38,698 nt of DNA from Nitrospinota bacterium (GTDB taxonomy: Bacteria > Nitrospinota > Nitrospinia > UBA9942): positions 1 to 38,698 of the forward strand of contig JACRGN010000234.1 of NCBI GenBank assembly GCA_016234205.1. Direction: 5' to 3'. Below the pieces are notes generated by a model. It ran no database searches. It was given only the letters and a program-made list of their open reading frames with translations, and was not told the origin of the DNA. This document shows, piece by piece, positions 9,751-18,083 of this stretch. The position numbers and the translations under genes are program-made. Position 1 is the stretch's first letter. The number at the start of each line of letters is the position of its first letter.

Positions 9751-11301
9751 ATGAATTTTTTAAATAGGCTTCAAGTAAAAATAATATTACCTATCATTCT
9801 CTCTATCGTCATAATTTTCTCCATAATGATATATATTGTGGATAGGATGGAGAGGGGACTGTTTCATGAGGACTGGCTTGTCAAGACTAAGATATATACA
9901 AATTCTATTTCTGCAATGATAGAAAAAGAAATGGAAGGGAAAAGACCTTTTATTGCCCGGGACCTAATCCATAAGTTGAAAAAAATTCCTGGTATGAAAA
10001 ATTTACAGGTTATCAGAACAAATGGAAAAGAGGCATTTGAGGATTTTGAAACATTTTATAAGGTAAAGGAGATTTATCTGTTTTCCCCTGAGGTTATAGG
10101 GGAGTATTTGAATTTAAAAGAGGGAAAAGCAAATGTAGTCAGTGATGAGAGGGTAGAAGCTGTTATGAAGGAGGGGAAGGAGAAAGAGTATTATGGTTAT
10201 GACGAAAACGGAAAGGTGTTCTATGATTATTATCTGCCAATTTTAAATAAATCTGAATGTCATAAATGCCATGGTGACAAAGAAAAGATTCGTGGTATTT
10301 TAAAAATCTCTCTATCCGATGAAAAATTTGCCGAGCATCTGAACAACCACCTCTCTATCATGTTATGGATATCTGCAGCTACTGTAATCATTCTGATAAT
10401 TGTGATTAGCTGGATTGTTTATAAACTGGTTTCCAAGCCGCTGAATACTGTTATTAAGACAATAAAGGAGATTGAGCATGGCGATAAAAATCAGAGGATT
10501 GGTTTGGAATCAAATGATGAGATTGGATATATGGCAACGCATTTTAATATAATGCTTGACAGACTGAAACAGGAGGGACACCTCGCATCTCTCGGCAAAA
10601 TCTCGGCTGTTTTGGCACATGAGATAAAAAATCCGATTGCCGGAATCAGCGGTGCAGTGCAGTTGATTGATGAGGGGCTCCCTGCATCTGACCCGAAGAG
10701 GGAGATTATAAATAAGATAATCAAGGAGGTTCAGAGGTTAGATTCAATGCTCAAAGACCTTCTCAAGTTCTCAAAGCCTATTACTGTAAATCCAAAAGTG
10801 CATGATTTGAATAAAGTGATAACAGATACAATTCATCTGCTGGAATTTAAATGCAGAAAGGGTAAAATATCCATTGACACAAATCTTGACAGCAATATTC
10901 CCAATATCTTTATTGACAGGGAGAAGATTCAACAGGTGTTACTTAATATCTGCATCAATGCTATTGAGTCAATGAAGGAAGATGGAAAACTTACAATTGC
11001 TACATCAATGGATAAACCGAGTGGCAGCGAATACATCCAGATAGATATTTCTGATACCGGATGCGGCATATCTCCTGATGTCATGAAAAATATCTTTACC
11101 CCTTTTTTCACAACCAAGAAAGAGGGTAGCGGGCTGGGACTGCCGATTAGCTTGAGAATAGTTGAAAAACATATGGGGACGATAAAAACAGAAAGTGTTG
11201 TTGACAAGGGGAGTAAGTTTTTAATAATATTACCTATTGATAATTCATTAAATATTCTTAAAGGAGATGCCGAATATAATGACAGCGAGGTATTATTATG
11301 A
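9751..11301 (+). CDS. Sensor histidine kinase with periplasmic c-heme (CHKCH) domain and HAMP
   Basis: Two TMs; YLPILNKSECHKCHG; DEIGYMATHFN; LAHEIKNPI; QQVLLNICINA, DTGCGI, PFFTTK, GSGLGL. Confidence 0.93.
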   Translation: MNFLNRLQVKIILPIILSIVIIFSIMIYIVDRMERGLFHEDWLVKTKIYTNSISAMIEKEMEGKRPFIARDLIHKLKKIPGMKNLQVIRTNGKEAFEDFETFYKVKEIYLFSPEVIGEYLNLKEGKANVVSDERVEAVMKEGKEKEYYGYDENGKVFYDYYLPILNKSECHKCHGDKEKIRGILKISLSDEKFAEHLNNHLSIMLWISAATVIILIIVISWIVYKLVSKPLNTVIKTIKEIEHGDKNQRIGLESNDEIGYMATHFNIMLDRLKQEGHLASLGKISAVLAHEIKNPIAGISGAVQLIDEGLPASDPKREIINKIIKEVQRLDSMLKDLLKFSKPITVNPKVHDLNKVITDTIHLLEFKCRKGKISIDTNLDSNIPNIFIDREKIQQVLLNICINAIESMKEDGKLTIATSMDKPSGSEYIQIDISDTGCGISPDVMKNIFTPFFTTKKEGSGLGLPISLRIVEKHMGTIKTESVVDKGSKFLIILPIDNSLNILKGDAEYNDSEVLL

Positions 11302-12716
11302 AAAAGGCAAGGGTATTGGTAGTTGATGATGAAAATATTATTGCATGGACACTTCAGGAAAAACTGATCAAAGAGGGTTTTGAGGTCAGGACGGTGGAGA
11401 ATGGGGAATCCGCAATTAATTCCATCAAGGAAGATATGCCTGATTTAGCCTTTGTAGATGTCTTCTTGCCTGATATAGGTGGAATTCAGGTATTGAAGGA
11501 GATTATCAGTTTGAATGAGGAAATCCCTGTAATCATGGTTACAGGCTCAGGTTCAGTTGATACAGCAGTTACTGCCATGAAGCTCGGGGCTTATGATTAT
11601 ATCAATAAGCCTTTTAACCTTGCCGAGGTTGCCATTATTGCAAAAAAGGCAATTGAGTCTAAGAGGGTAAGCCGGGAGGTTTCATGGAGATTAGAAAAAG
11701 AGAAGAAGACACACAGTATTGGCAATATAATCGGTGAGAGTAAAGAGATAAAAGGTGTCCTTGATATGATTCAGAAGATAGTCCAGAGTGATGCTACTAC
11801 TGTCCTGATAGAAGGGGAGAGCGGGACAGGGAAGGACCTTGTGGGAAGGGCTATACATTATACGAGCAGAAGGTCAGCAAGGCCTTTCATGGATATAAAT
11901 TGTACTGCGCTGCCGGATACCCTTGTCGAGAGCGAACTTTTTGGATACGAAAAAGGGGCATTTACAGACGCCAAAGCAAAAAAAGTTGGTCTCTTTGAGC
12001 TTGCAGACGGGGGGAGTGTCCTCCTTGATGAGATAGGTGATATGCCCATAGCTACACAGACAAAACTTCTTAAATTTATTGAGAATAAACGTTTCAAAAG
12101 GGTTGGAGGGGCTTCAGATATTGAAGTGGATGTGAGGATTATAGCGGCAACTAACAAGAACCTTAAAGAGGAGATTAAGAGTGGAAAGTTCAGGGAGGAT
12201 TTGTATTATCGCTTAAAGGTGATACCAATTTTTATACCGCCTCTCAGGGTAAGGACGGGCGATATACTTATTCTTGCCAATTATTTTATAAATAAATTCA
12301 ATCAGGAGTTTAGGAAAGATGTAAAAGGACTGTCATCAAAGGCTGAAAAGGCTATTTTATCATATCAATGGCCTGGAAATGTCAGAGAATTAAAAAATGT
12401 TATTGAGAGGGCGATTATCCTTGAGAGTAAAGATAAGATATTAATTGAGCATCTCCCGATTGAAGTTGTAGAGGGTGCTCCTTTTAAAGAGGAGGAACGG
12501 CAGCAGCAATCAAATTTTACCCTTCCAGAAAATGGAGTTCCCCTTGAAGAAGTAGAAAAAAATCTATTGATACAGGCATTAAAAAAGGCAAATGGAAACC
12601 AATCAAAGGCAGCAAAACTTCTAAGTTTGAGCAGATATGCACTGCGGTATAGATTGAAAAAGATTGGATATTTAAAAATAGATTCGACAGATTCAGAAAT
12701 CACACAATCTGTTTAG
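11298..12716 (+). CDS. NtrC/AtoC-family sigma54-dependent response regulator
   Basis: REC domain; GESGTGKD Walker A; ESELFGYEKGAFTDA; LLDEIGD; FREDLYYRL; WPGNVREL; Fis-type HTH. ATGA overlap with the kinase. Confidence 0.96.
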   Translation: MKKARVLVVDDENIIAWTLQEKLIKEGFEVRTVENGESAINSIKEDMPDLAFVDVFLPDIGGIQVLKEIISLNEEIPVIMVTGSGSVDTAVTAMKLGAYDYINKPFNLAEVAIIAKKAIESKRVSREVSWRLEKEKKTHSIGNIIGESKEIKGVLDMIQKIVQSDATTVLIEGESGTGKDLVGRAIHYTSRRSARPFMDINCTALPDTLVESELFGYEKGAFTDAKAKKVGLFELADGGSVLLDEIGDMPIATQTKLLKFIENKRFKRVGGASDIEVDVRIIAATNKNLKEEIKSGKFREDLYYRLKVIPIFIPPLRVRTGDILILANYFINKFNQEFRKDVKGLSSKAEKAILSYQWPGNVRELKNVIERAIILESKDKILIEHLPIEVVEGAPFKEEERQQQSNFTLPENGVPLEEVEKNLLIQALKKANGNQSKAAKLLSLSRYALRYRLKKIGYLKIDSTDSEITQSV

Positions 12717-12721
12717 TCTAA

Positions 12722-12737
12722 TGGCATATTAATTGCT
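12722..12737 (+). promoter_or_regulatory. sigma54 (-24/-12) promoter for the triheme cytochrome genes
   Basis: TGGCATATTAATTGCT, exact GG-N10-GC spacing, 5 nt after the activator stop codon. Confidence 0.85.
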
Positions 12738-12915
12738 GTTTATATATCCGCTTATTTATTTTATAAAACATTAGGAGGTGAACTGCCTATGTAATTTGTT
12801 GAAATATCTGTTTTATTTTTAGGGTTACATAAAAATTTAAAAAGATAGAATGGGCAATATAACACTTAAAGAGTGCGAAAATACACAGAAAACTAAAAAA
12901 AAGGGGGGGGATGAA

Positions 12916-13296
12916 ATGAAATTCAAATTTTTGATTGTTTTGTTTTTAGGTTTATTTACTCTTCTTTCTATGCCAGAATTTTCACGTGCAGAATATGGCG
13001 ATATCATACTAAATAGAAAGGCTGAAAGTATGAGGAAGGCAGGGGTTAATGATGTCATGTTTCCCCACTGGTTTCATCGTATAAGATTCAAGTGTAAAGT
13101 ATGTCATGAAGATATTTTTATTTTAAAGGCAGGCGCTAATGATATTAACATGAGTCTGATCATGAATGGAGAGAAATGCGGGAAGTGTCATAATGGGATT
13201 ATTGCATGGGAACCGCTTTATTGTGATAGATGTCATTCTTGGGAACCAGGATGGCTCCCCGGACCGGTTCAGCATTCAAAGAAGGTATCTAAATAG
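12916..13296 (+). CDS. Periplasmic c7-type triheme cytochrome c
   Basis: Signal peptide MKFKF...FSRA; FPHWFH..CKVCH..INM..CGKCH..CDRCH. Start reset to ATG 12916 behind a G-rich SD. Confidence 0.9.
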   Translation: MKFKFLIVLFLGLFTLLSMPEFSRAEYGDIILNRKAESMRKAGVNDVMFPHWFHRIRFKCKVCHEDIFILKAGANDINMSLIMNGEKCGKCHNGIIAWEPLYCDRCHSWEPGWLPGPVQHSKKVSK

Positions 13297-13348
13297 ATAA
13301 CAATAAATTTTATGGATTATTGAATTGACTGGGAGGGAATTTAATACG

Positions 13349-14131
13349 ATGAAAACTGATAAAAGACTTATAATGATATTAATGTTTTTGACAATTTTTG
13401 TTGTATCCTTTAATTATTCTGCCTTATCTGCTGAAAAAAAAATAGAAAAGAAGACGAAGGTTAAAGAGACGACCCCTAAACCGGTTGAGCAGTCTACTCC
13501 ATCTGCTGAAAAACCTGCTGAAACGATGCCACCTGTTAGTGGGGCAGAAGAATCATCAGGAAAAACTCTTGACCCAAAAGACCCAAGGAGCCTTATTTAC
13601 CTTGATACAAAAGGAAATAAGGCTGGAACAGGCGATGTTACTAAGTCAGGTGTTGCATCTACATTTGCCAAAGTTGGAGCGGGATGGCATCCCGCCGCAC
13701 TTGCAGAAACAAATCTTCCTATGGATAAATATAAATTAGTGGATTGGGCTAAAATTGTTAAGGAAAAGATAATAGCCCCTCAGTATAGCTTAGATATGAA
13801 CGCAAAGCCGGAAGATGAACAGATGATTGATTTAAATATACTGTTTGAGACTAAAAGTGATTTTATGGATAATGTTATATTTCCGCATAACATACATACA
13901 TGGTGGCTAAAGTGTGAGATATGTCATGAAACTGTCGGCGGGCCTATTTTTGAGCCTTCTGCAGGGGCAAACGATGTAAAAATGGTAGAAATGGCAGGAG
14001 GGAAATGGTGCGGCAGATGTCATAATAAAATAGCATTTCCGCTTGCAGATTGTAAGAGATGCCACATTTCGGCCAAGGGGGTAAAGCCCGATGAGAGCGT
14101 AACTTTAAGAACAATATCAAAATCTAAGTAA
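13349..14131 (+). CDS. c7-type triheme cytochrome c with N-terminal low-complexity linker and extra domain
   Basis: Signal peptide ...ALSA; P/E/K-rich linker; FPHNIH..CEICH..VKM..CGRCH..CKRCH. Start reset to ATG 13349 (SD gggagg). Confidence 0.88.
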   Translation: MKTDKRLIMILMFLTIFVVSFNYSALSAEKKIEKKTKVKETTPKPVEQSTPSAEKPAETMPPVSGAEESSGKTLDPKDPRSLIYLDTKGNKAGTGDVTKSGVASTFAKVGAGWHPAALAETNLPMDKYKLVDWAKIVKEKIIAPQYSLDMNAKPEDEQMIDLNILFETKSDFMDNVIFPHNIHTWWLKCEICHETVGGPIFEPSAGANDVKMVEMAGGKWCGRCHNKIAFPLADCKRCHISAKGVKPDESVTLRTISKSK

Positions 14132-14133
14132 AG

Positions 14134-14484
14134 ATGAATAAAAGGATACTTAGAGGAGGATTATTGTTGGTTTTGTGTTTTATTGCGGATATAGGGATTT
14201 CTATATTTCCAGTTCAAGCAGTTGAGAAGAAACCGCAAGATATTATTATTTTCAATAACCAAAAGGCAAGCAGGGGAAAAGCTGATATGCCCCCTGCCCG
14301 CTTTTCACATTCTATTCATAATAAAAAGCTAAAGTGTAAAGATTGCCATCCCTCTGTTTTTAAAGAGAAAAAAGGGGCGAATATAGTTACAATGAAGAAA
14401 AATATTAATGGCGAGTATTGTGGAAAATGCCACAATGGACAATTTGTATGGGATATGTCAGCTTGTCGCCGTTGTCATGTTTAG
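14134..14484 (+). CDS. Periplasmic c7-type triheme cytochrome c
   Basis: Signal peptide ...VQA; FSHSIH..CKDCH..VTM..CGKCH..CRRCH. Confidence 0.9.
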   Translation: MNKRILRGGLLLVLCFIADIGISIFPVQAVEKKPQDIIIFNNQKASRGKADMPPARFSHSIHNKKLKCKDCHPSVFKEKKGANIVTMKKNINGEYCGKCHNGQFVWDMSACRRCHV

Positions 14485-14785
14485 CAGTTTTGTTTTTTTT
14501 AAATTAATTATGTGTAAAATTAACTATAAGTATGCAATAAGACACACTTCGTATTAAAATTTAATCCTTCCATTATGATTTGTAAAATCCTAAATTATGC
14601 ATTAATCACAGGCTAACACAGTTAAGCACATGTAAAACAAATAATTAAATTCCTTTTTTTGAATTTAAAATATATTTTAACTCATTGAATAATCGTTATA
14701 AATTTGTGATTTTATGATGCATAAATATGGGCATCTTTAAAATATGTTTTACCATTTTTTCTAATAGTAATACTCTTTATAATAA

Positions 14786-14801
14786 TGGCATGATAAATGC
14801 T
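14786..14801 (+). promoter_or_regulatory. sigma54 promoter for the OmcS-like cytochrome
   Basis: TGGCATGATAAATGCT (GG-N10-GC), preceded by about 300 nt of AT-rich intergenic DNA. Confidence 0.8.
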
Positions 14802-14843
14802 TATTTATGATTATCAAGAAGTTTAATTTAAGTATTGAAATAT

Positions 14844-16055
14844 ATGAAAAAAAAGACTTGTATCACATATAGTATATCTTTTGTCCTATTTTTAGCCTTT
14901 TTATTATACAGTATCCCTGTTTCAGCAGTGCATAAAGGTGCGGGTAACCTAACTTGCGGCAATTGCCATACTATGCATAACAGTCAGGGTAACAGCGGTC
15001 TTGGTGGTGTGTCCGGTGGTTCCCTCATTTTGCTCAGGGCGGATGGTATAACAGGCAGAGAAAATATTCACAAACTTTGTCTGCAATGTCATGCGGATAC
15101 TGGAGGTCAGGCAGATACCCAACATGCACCACATGGTCAATATGCTCCAAAGGTTCACTCCGCAACTGCGACATGGAATCAGGATACTCATCTTACTGCT
15201 ATAGGGGCGGGCGGGAATTTCTATCCCGAGGTTGATGCTACAAATTTTGCATTAAGTTCAAGCGGACAAACTGCTGGTCTTGGAAAAGGACATTCTCTTG
15301 GCCTTACAAATGTAACACCTCCTGGTGGAGATACAGCAATAACAGGTTTCTCATGCACAGCCTGCCATGACCCTCATGGGACTGCAGATGCTAATGATCA
15401 AGGCATAAACAAATTTAGGAACTTAAGAAAATCAGCAACAAATGCCGGCAACAATGCCGGTGTTACACTTACTGCTGGAGATTTTACAAGTTGGGTGGGG
15501 GGGATTAACGGAACGAATTTTACAGGGGTATCCCTTCCCGGTGGAAGCGGGGCAGGGGCAGTAGCATGGCCGGTAATCAGCACCACACCTACAGGTAATT
15601 CTGCAGATGCTGCTAACAGTAACTCCTATGGTGGGGGTAGTACGGGTGGTATTTCAAGATGGTGTGCCCAGTGCCATGATAACTGGCATGAGGCTCTTAC
15701 AACGGGAAATCTTGATAACAATAGTATGGATTGGCACAGGCATCCGGTTGATAATCTTTTGAGTGATACAACAACTACTTCAGGTGCAGGAGTAACTATT
15801 ATAAATACTGCTAATTATTCAGTTACAACTGCGGGTCAGTATCTACCGGTTGCGAGTGGTTCAGGGGCTAATAGAGTATTTTATAAAACCAATGAATCAA
15901 CAGATAAGGTTATGTGTCTATCCTGCCATTTTGCTCATGGTGGTCCTTACAATGACAATCTACGATGGGATTATACCTCATCTGTTTCATCAGGTAGTCA
16001 GAACGGCAATGGTGTGCCTTCAACCAGAGGGTGTCAGTTGTGTCATAATAGGTGA
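14844..16055 (+). CDS. omcS: Extracellular hexaheme cytochrome c, OmcS-like (candidate nanowire subunit)
   Basis: Signal peptide ending VSA|VH; six CxxCH: CGNCHTMHNS, CLQCH, CTACHDPHG, SRWCAQCH, VMCLSCHFAH, CQLCH, plus GGNF, KGH, PPGG and RHP in the order I recall for G. sulfurreducens OmcS. Start ATG 14844 (TTG 14835 in the track). Confidence 0.8.
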   Translation: MKKKTCITYSISFVLFLAFLLYSIPVSAVHKGAGNLTCGNCHTMHNSQGNSGLGGVSGGSLILLRADGITGRENIHKLCLQCHADTGGQADTQHAPHGQYAPKVHSATATWNQDTHLTAIGAGGNFYPEVDATNFALSSSGQTAGLGKGHSLGLTNVTPPGGDTAITGFSCTACHDPHGTADANDQGINKFRNLRKSATNAGNNAGVTLTAGDFTSWVGGINGTNFTGVSLPGGSGAGAVAWPVISTTPTGNSADAANSNSYGGGSTGGISRWCAQCHDNWHEALTTGNLDNNSMDWHRHPVDNLLSDTTTTSGAGVTIINTANYSVTTAGQYLPVASGSGANRVFYKTNESTDKVMCLSCHFAHGGPYNDNLRWDYTSSVSSGSQNGNGVPSTRGCQLCHNR

Positions 16056-16110
16056 TGCGAAGCATCATTCCGAGCGAATGCAAGGAATCTTGAGACTAAA
16101 AGTTTAAAAT

Positions 16111-16143
16111 GGGAGGCTTGTAAAAAAGCTTCCCTTTTTTTTT
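16111..16143 (+). terminator. Rho-independent terminator after the OmcS-like gene
   Basis: GGGAGGCTT-gtaaaa-AAGCTTCCC stem-loop (one G-U pair) followed by T9. Confidence 0.85.
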
Positions 16144-16155
16144 GCCTTGATAAAT

Positions 16156-17169
16156 ATGAACCGTTTAAAATTAATTATAATTTTTATTGCTATTATATTA
16201 TTTGGACTTGTAAATACAGAATCAGTAATATGGGCATCACAAGGTATTGACATTAAATATATTACATCATATTCTGCAAAGTCAATGGGCGGGGTTATAC
16301 CTTTAAAAATATATTTTGACCGTCAGCAGAATGAACTTTATATTGGCAGTCAAAGTAAGGAAATTGCTGTTATTAATGAGGATGGTATGATAGTTCACAG
16401 GATTCCACTTGCAGATTCCCCAAAATTACTCTGTGTAAATAAAAATGGCAATATTTACATATCTGATAATAAAGGGGGGATAAGTATTCTTAACTATCGG
16501 GGGGAGTATATAAAAAATCTTGACCTCTCGGCTGTGCCAGATAACACACTTTTAGCAATTCAATCATTTCATGTGGATGAGAATGAACATCTTTATATTG
16601 GTGATGGAAGACTAAGCAGAATTATCGTCCTCGATAGTTCAGGTAATTTTTTATATCAATTTGGTAAAAAGGGTAGTGGCGAGGGGGAATTCTTGAATGC
16701 AAAGGCAATAACTACCGATGCTGAGAGGCTATATCTTATTGACCCGCCACTATTCAGGGTATCAGTTTATGATAAAAAGGATGGTAGATTTCTTTATATG
16801 TTCGGACAGATATCGAGCCTTTTTGGAGGCTTCAGTATGCCATCAAGTATTGATACAGATGGAAAGAGGCTATTTGTTGTAGATACTAATAGGGCAATGG
16901 TAATAGTTTTCGACAGGGAGGGAAAGCCAATCATTGAATTTGGCGGGGTTGGCAGAAATCCTGACAGCCTCTCATGGCCCTCGGATATTAAAGTAGATGG
17001 GAATGGCAAGATCTATGTTTGCGATACAGGAAACGGAAGGATTCAGATATATGAACTTATAGATGTCCAGCAAATTGATGAAGTTAAACCACCAGAGACT
17101 GTTGAATCTGGCAAGGCGGCCGAGCCAATAGAGGTTGAGCCTGTTATTGAAAAAATAATTGTGAAGTGA
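16156..17169 (+). CDS. Exported NHL-repeat beta-propeller protein
   Basis: Signal peptide; FGKKGSGEGEF, FSMPSSIDTD, LSWPSDIKVDGNGKIYVCDTGNGRIQIY. Confidence 0.9.
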   Translation: MNRLKLIIIFIAIILFGLVNTESVIWASQGIDIKYITSYSAKSMGGVIPLKIYFDRQQNELYIGSQSKEIAVINEDGMIVHRIPLADSPKLLCVNKNGNIYISDNKGGISILNYRGEYIKNLDLSAVPDNTLLAIQSFHVDENEHLYIGDGRLSRIIVLDSSGNFLYQFGKKGSGEGEFLNAKAITTDAERLYLIDPPLFRVSVYDKKDGRFLYMFGQISSLFGGFSMPSSIDTDGKRLFVVDTNRAMVIVFDREGKPIIEFGGVGRNPDSLSWPSDIKVDGNGKIYVCDTGNGRIQIYELIDVQQIDEVKPPETVESGKAAEPIEVEPVIEKIIVK

Positions 17170-17175
17170 TTGTTT

Positions 17176-17191
17176 TGGCATATTCTTTGCT
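17176..17191 (+). promoter_or_regulatory. Internal sigma54 promoter between the two NHL genes
   Basis: TGGCATATTCTTTGCT (GG-N10-GC) within a 34-nt intergenic gap. Confidence 0.72.
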
Positions 17192-17203
17192 ATTATATTA
17201 TGC

Positions 17204-18082
17204 ATGATGAAAATGTCTCTCTTAATATTTGGAATTCTCATTATCCTTACATCTAAGGTAGAATCCACACCTTCAAATTTCTATTTTATCAGTGCCATTG
17301 AGAAATTCTCTGATGAGTATAGGTTTGAGGGGTTATCATCAATTTTTATTAATGATGAGGAACTTTATGTTGTAGATAATGGAGGAAACCACATATATAT
17401 TTTTAATCTGGATGGGTCATCTGTTTTTCAATTTGGAAAAGAGAAAGGGATTGCACTTCCCATTGATGTTTTTGTATACAACAATTATATGTATGTGAGT
17501 GCGGAAGGAAAGGATTTTATAGAGATTTTAAATATGAGGGGTGAAAAGATTGGAAAGATAGAACCTCCATACGAAGGGTTTACACCTGGTAAGATGGCAG
17601 CAATTGAAAGGGAAGGGTTCTTTGTTGTAGATAGAAAATCTCTCAATATATGTGTATTTGACAGGGATGGTAAATATCAATATAATTTTGGTGGAAGAAA
17701 TCTATTTAAATCAATTGCTGGTATTGCGGCGAAAAACGGGAAGATTTATGTATCGGTAATGAGCGCTGACCCTGTCGTAAGGGTATTTGATACCAAGGGT
17801 GAATACCTGACAGGTTTTGGACATATTGGTGAAAGCGATCAAAATTTCTCTATGCCATCAGGAATAAAAGTAGATGACAATGGAAATATATGGGTGGTGG
17901 ATGCCTTCAAGCACAGGGTTATTGGCTTTAATATAGAAGGTAAGAAGCAGAATGAATTTGGCATATCAGGAAATCCCAAAGAAGATCTTTATTATCCGCT
18001 AAGTATTGATTCAAAGGGGGACATATTTTATGTAATAGAAAAAGGACGGGGTAGAATAAGTATGTTCAGGAGGGTGGATTAA
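17204..18082 (+). CDS. Exported NHL-repeat beta-propeller protein
   Basis: Signal-like N-terminus; LYVVDNGGNHIYIF, FSMPSGIKVDDNGNIWVVDAFKHRV, LYYPLSID. Confidence 0.9.
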   Translation: MMKMSLLIFGILIILTSKVESTPSNFYFISAIEKFSDEYRFEGLSSIFINDEELYVVDNGGNHIYIFNLDGSSVFQFGKEKGIALPIDVFVYNNYMYVSAEGKDFIEILNMRGEKIGKIEPPYEGFTPGKMAAIEREGFFVVDRKSLNICVFDRDGKYQYNFGGRNLFKSIAGIAAKNGKIYVSVMSADPVVRVFDTKGEYLTGFGHIGESDQNFSMPSGIKVDDNGNIWVVDAFKHRVIGFNIEGKKQNEFGISGNPKEDLYYPLSIDSKGDIFYVIEKGRGRISMFRRVD

Positions 18083-18083
18083 A

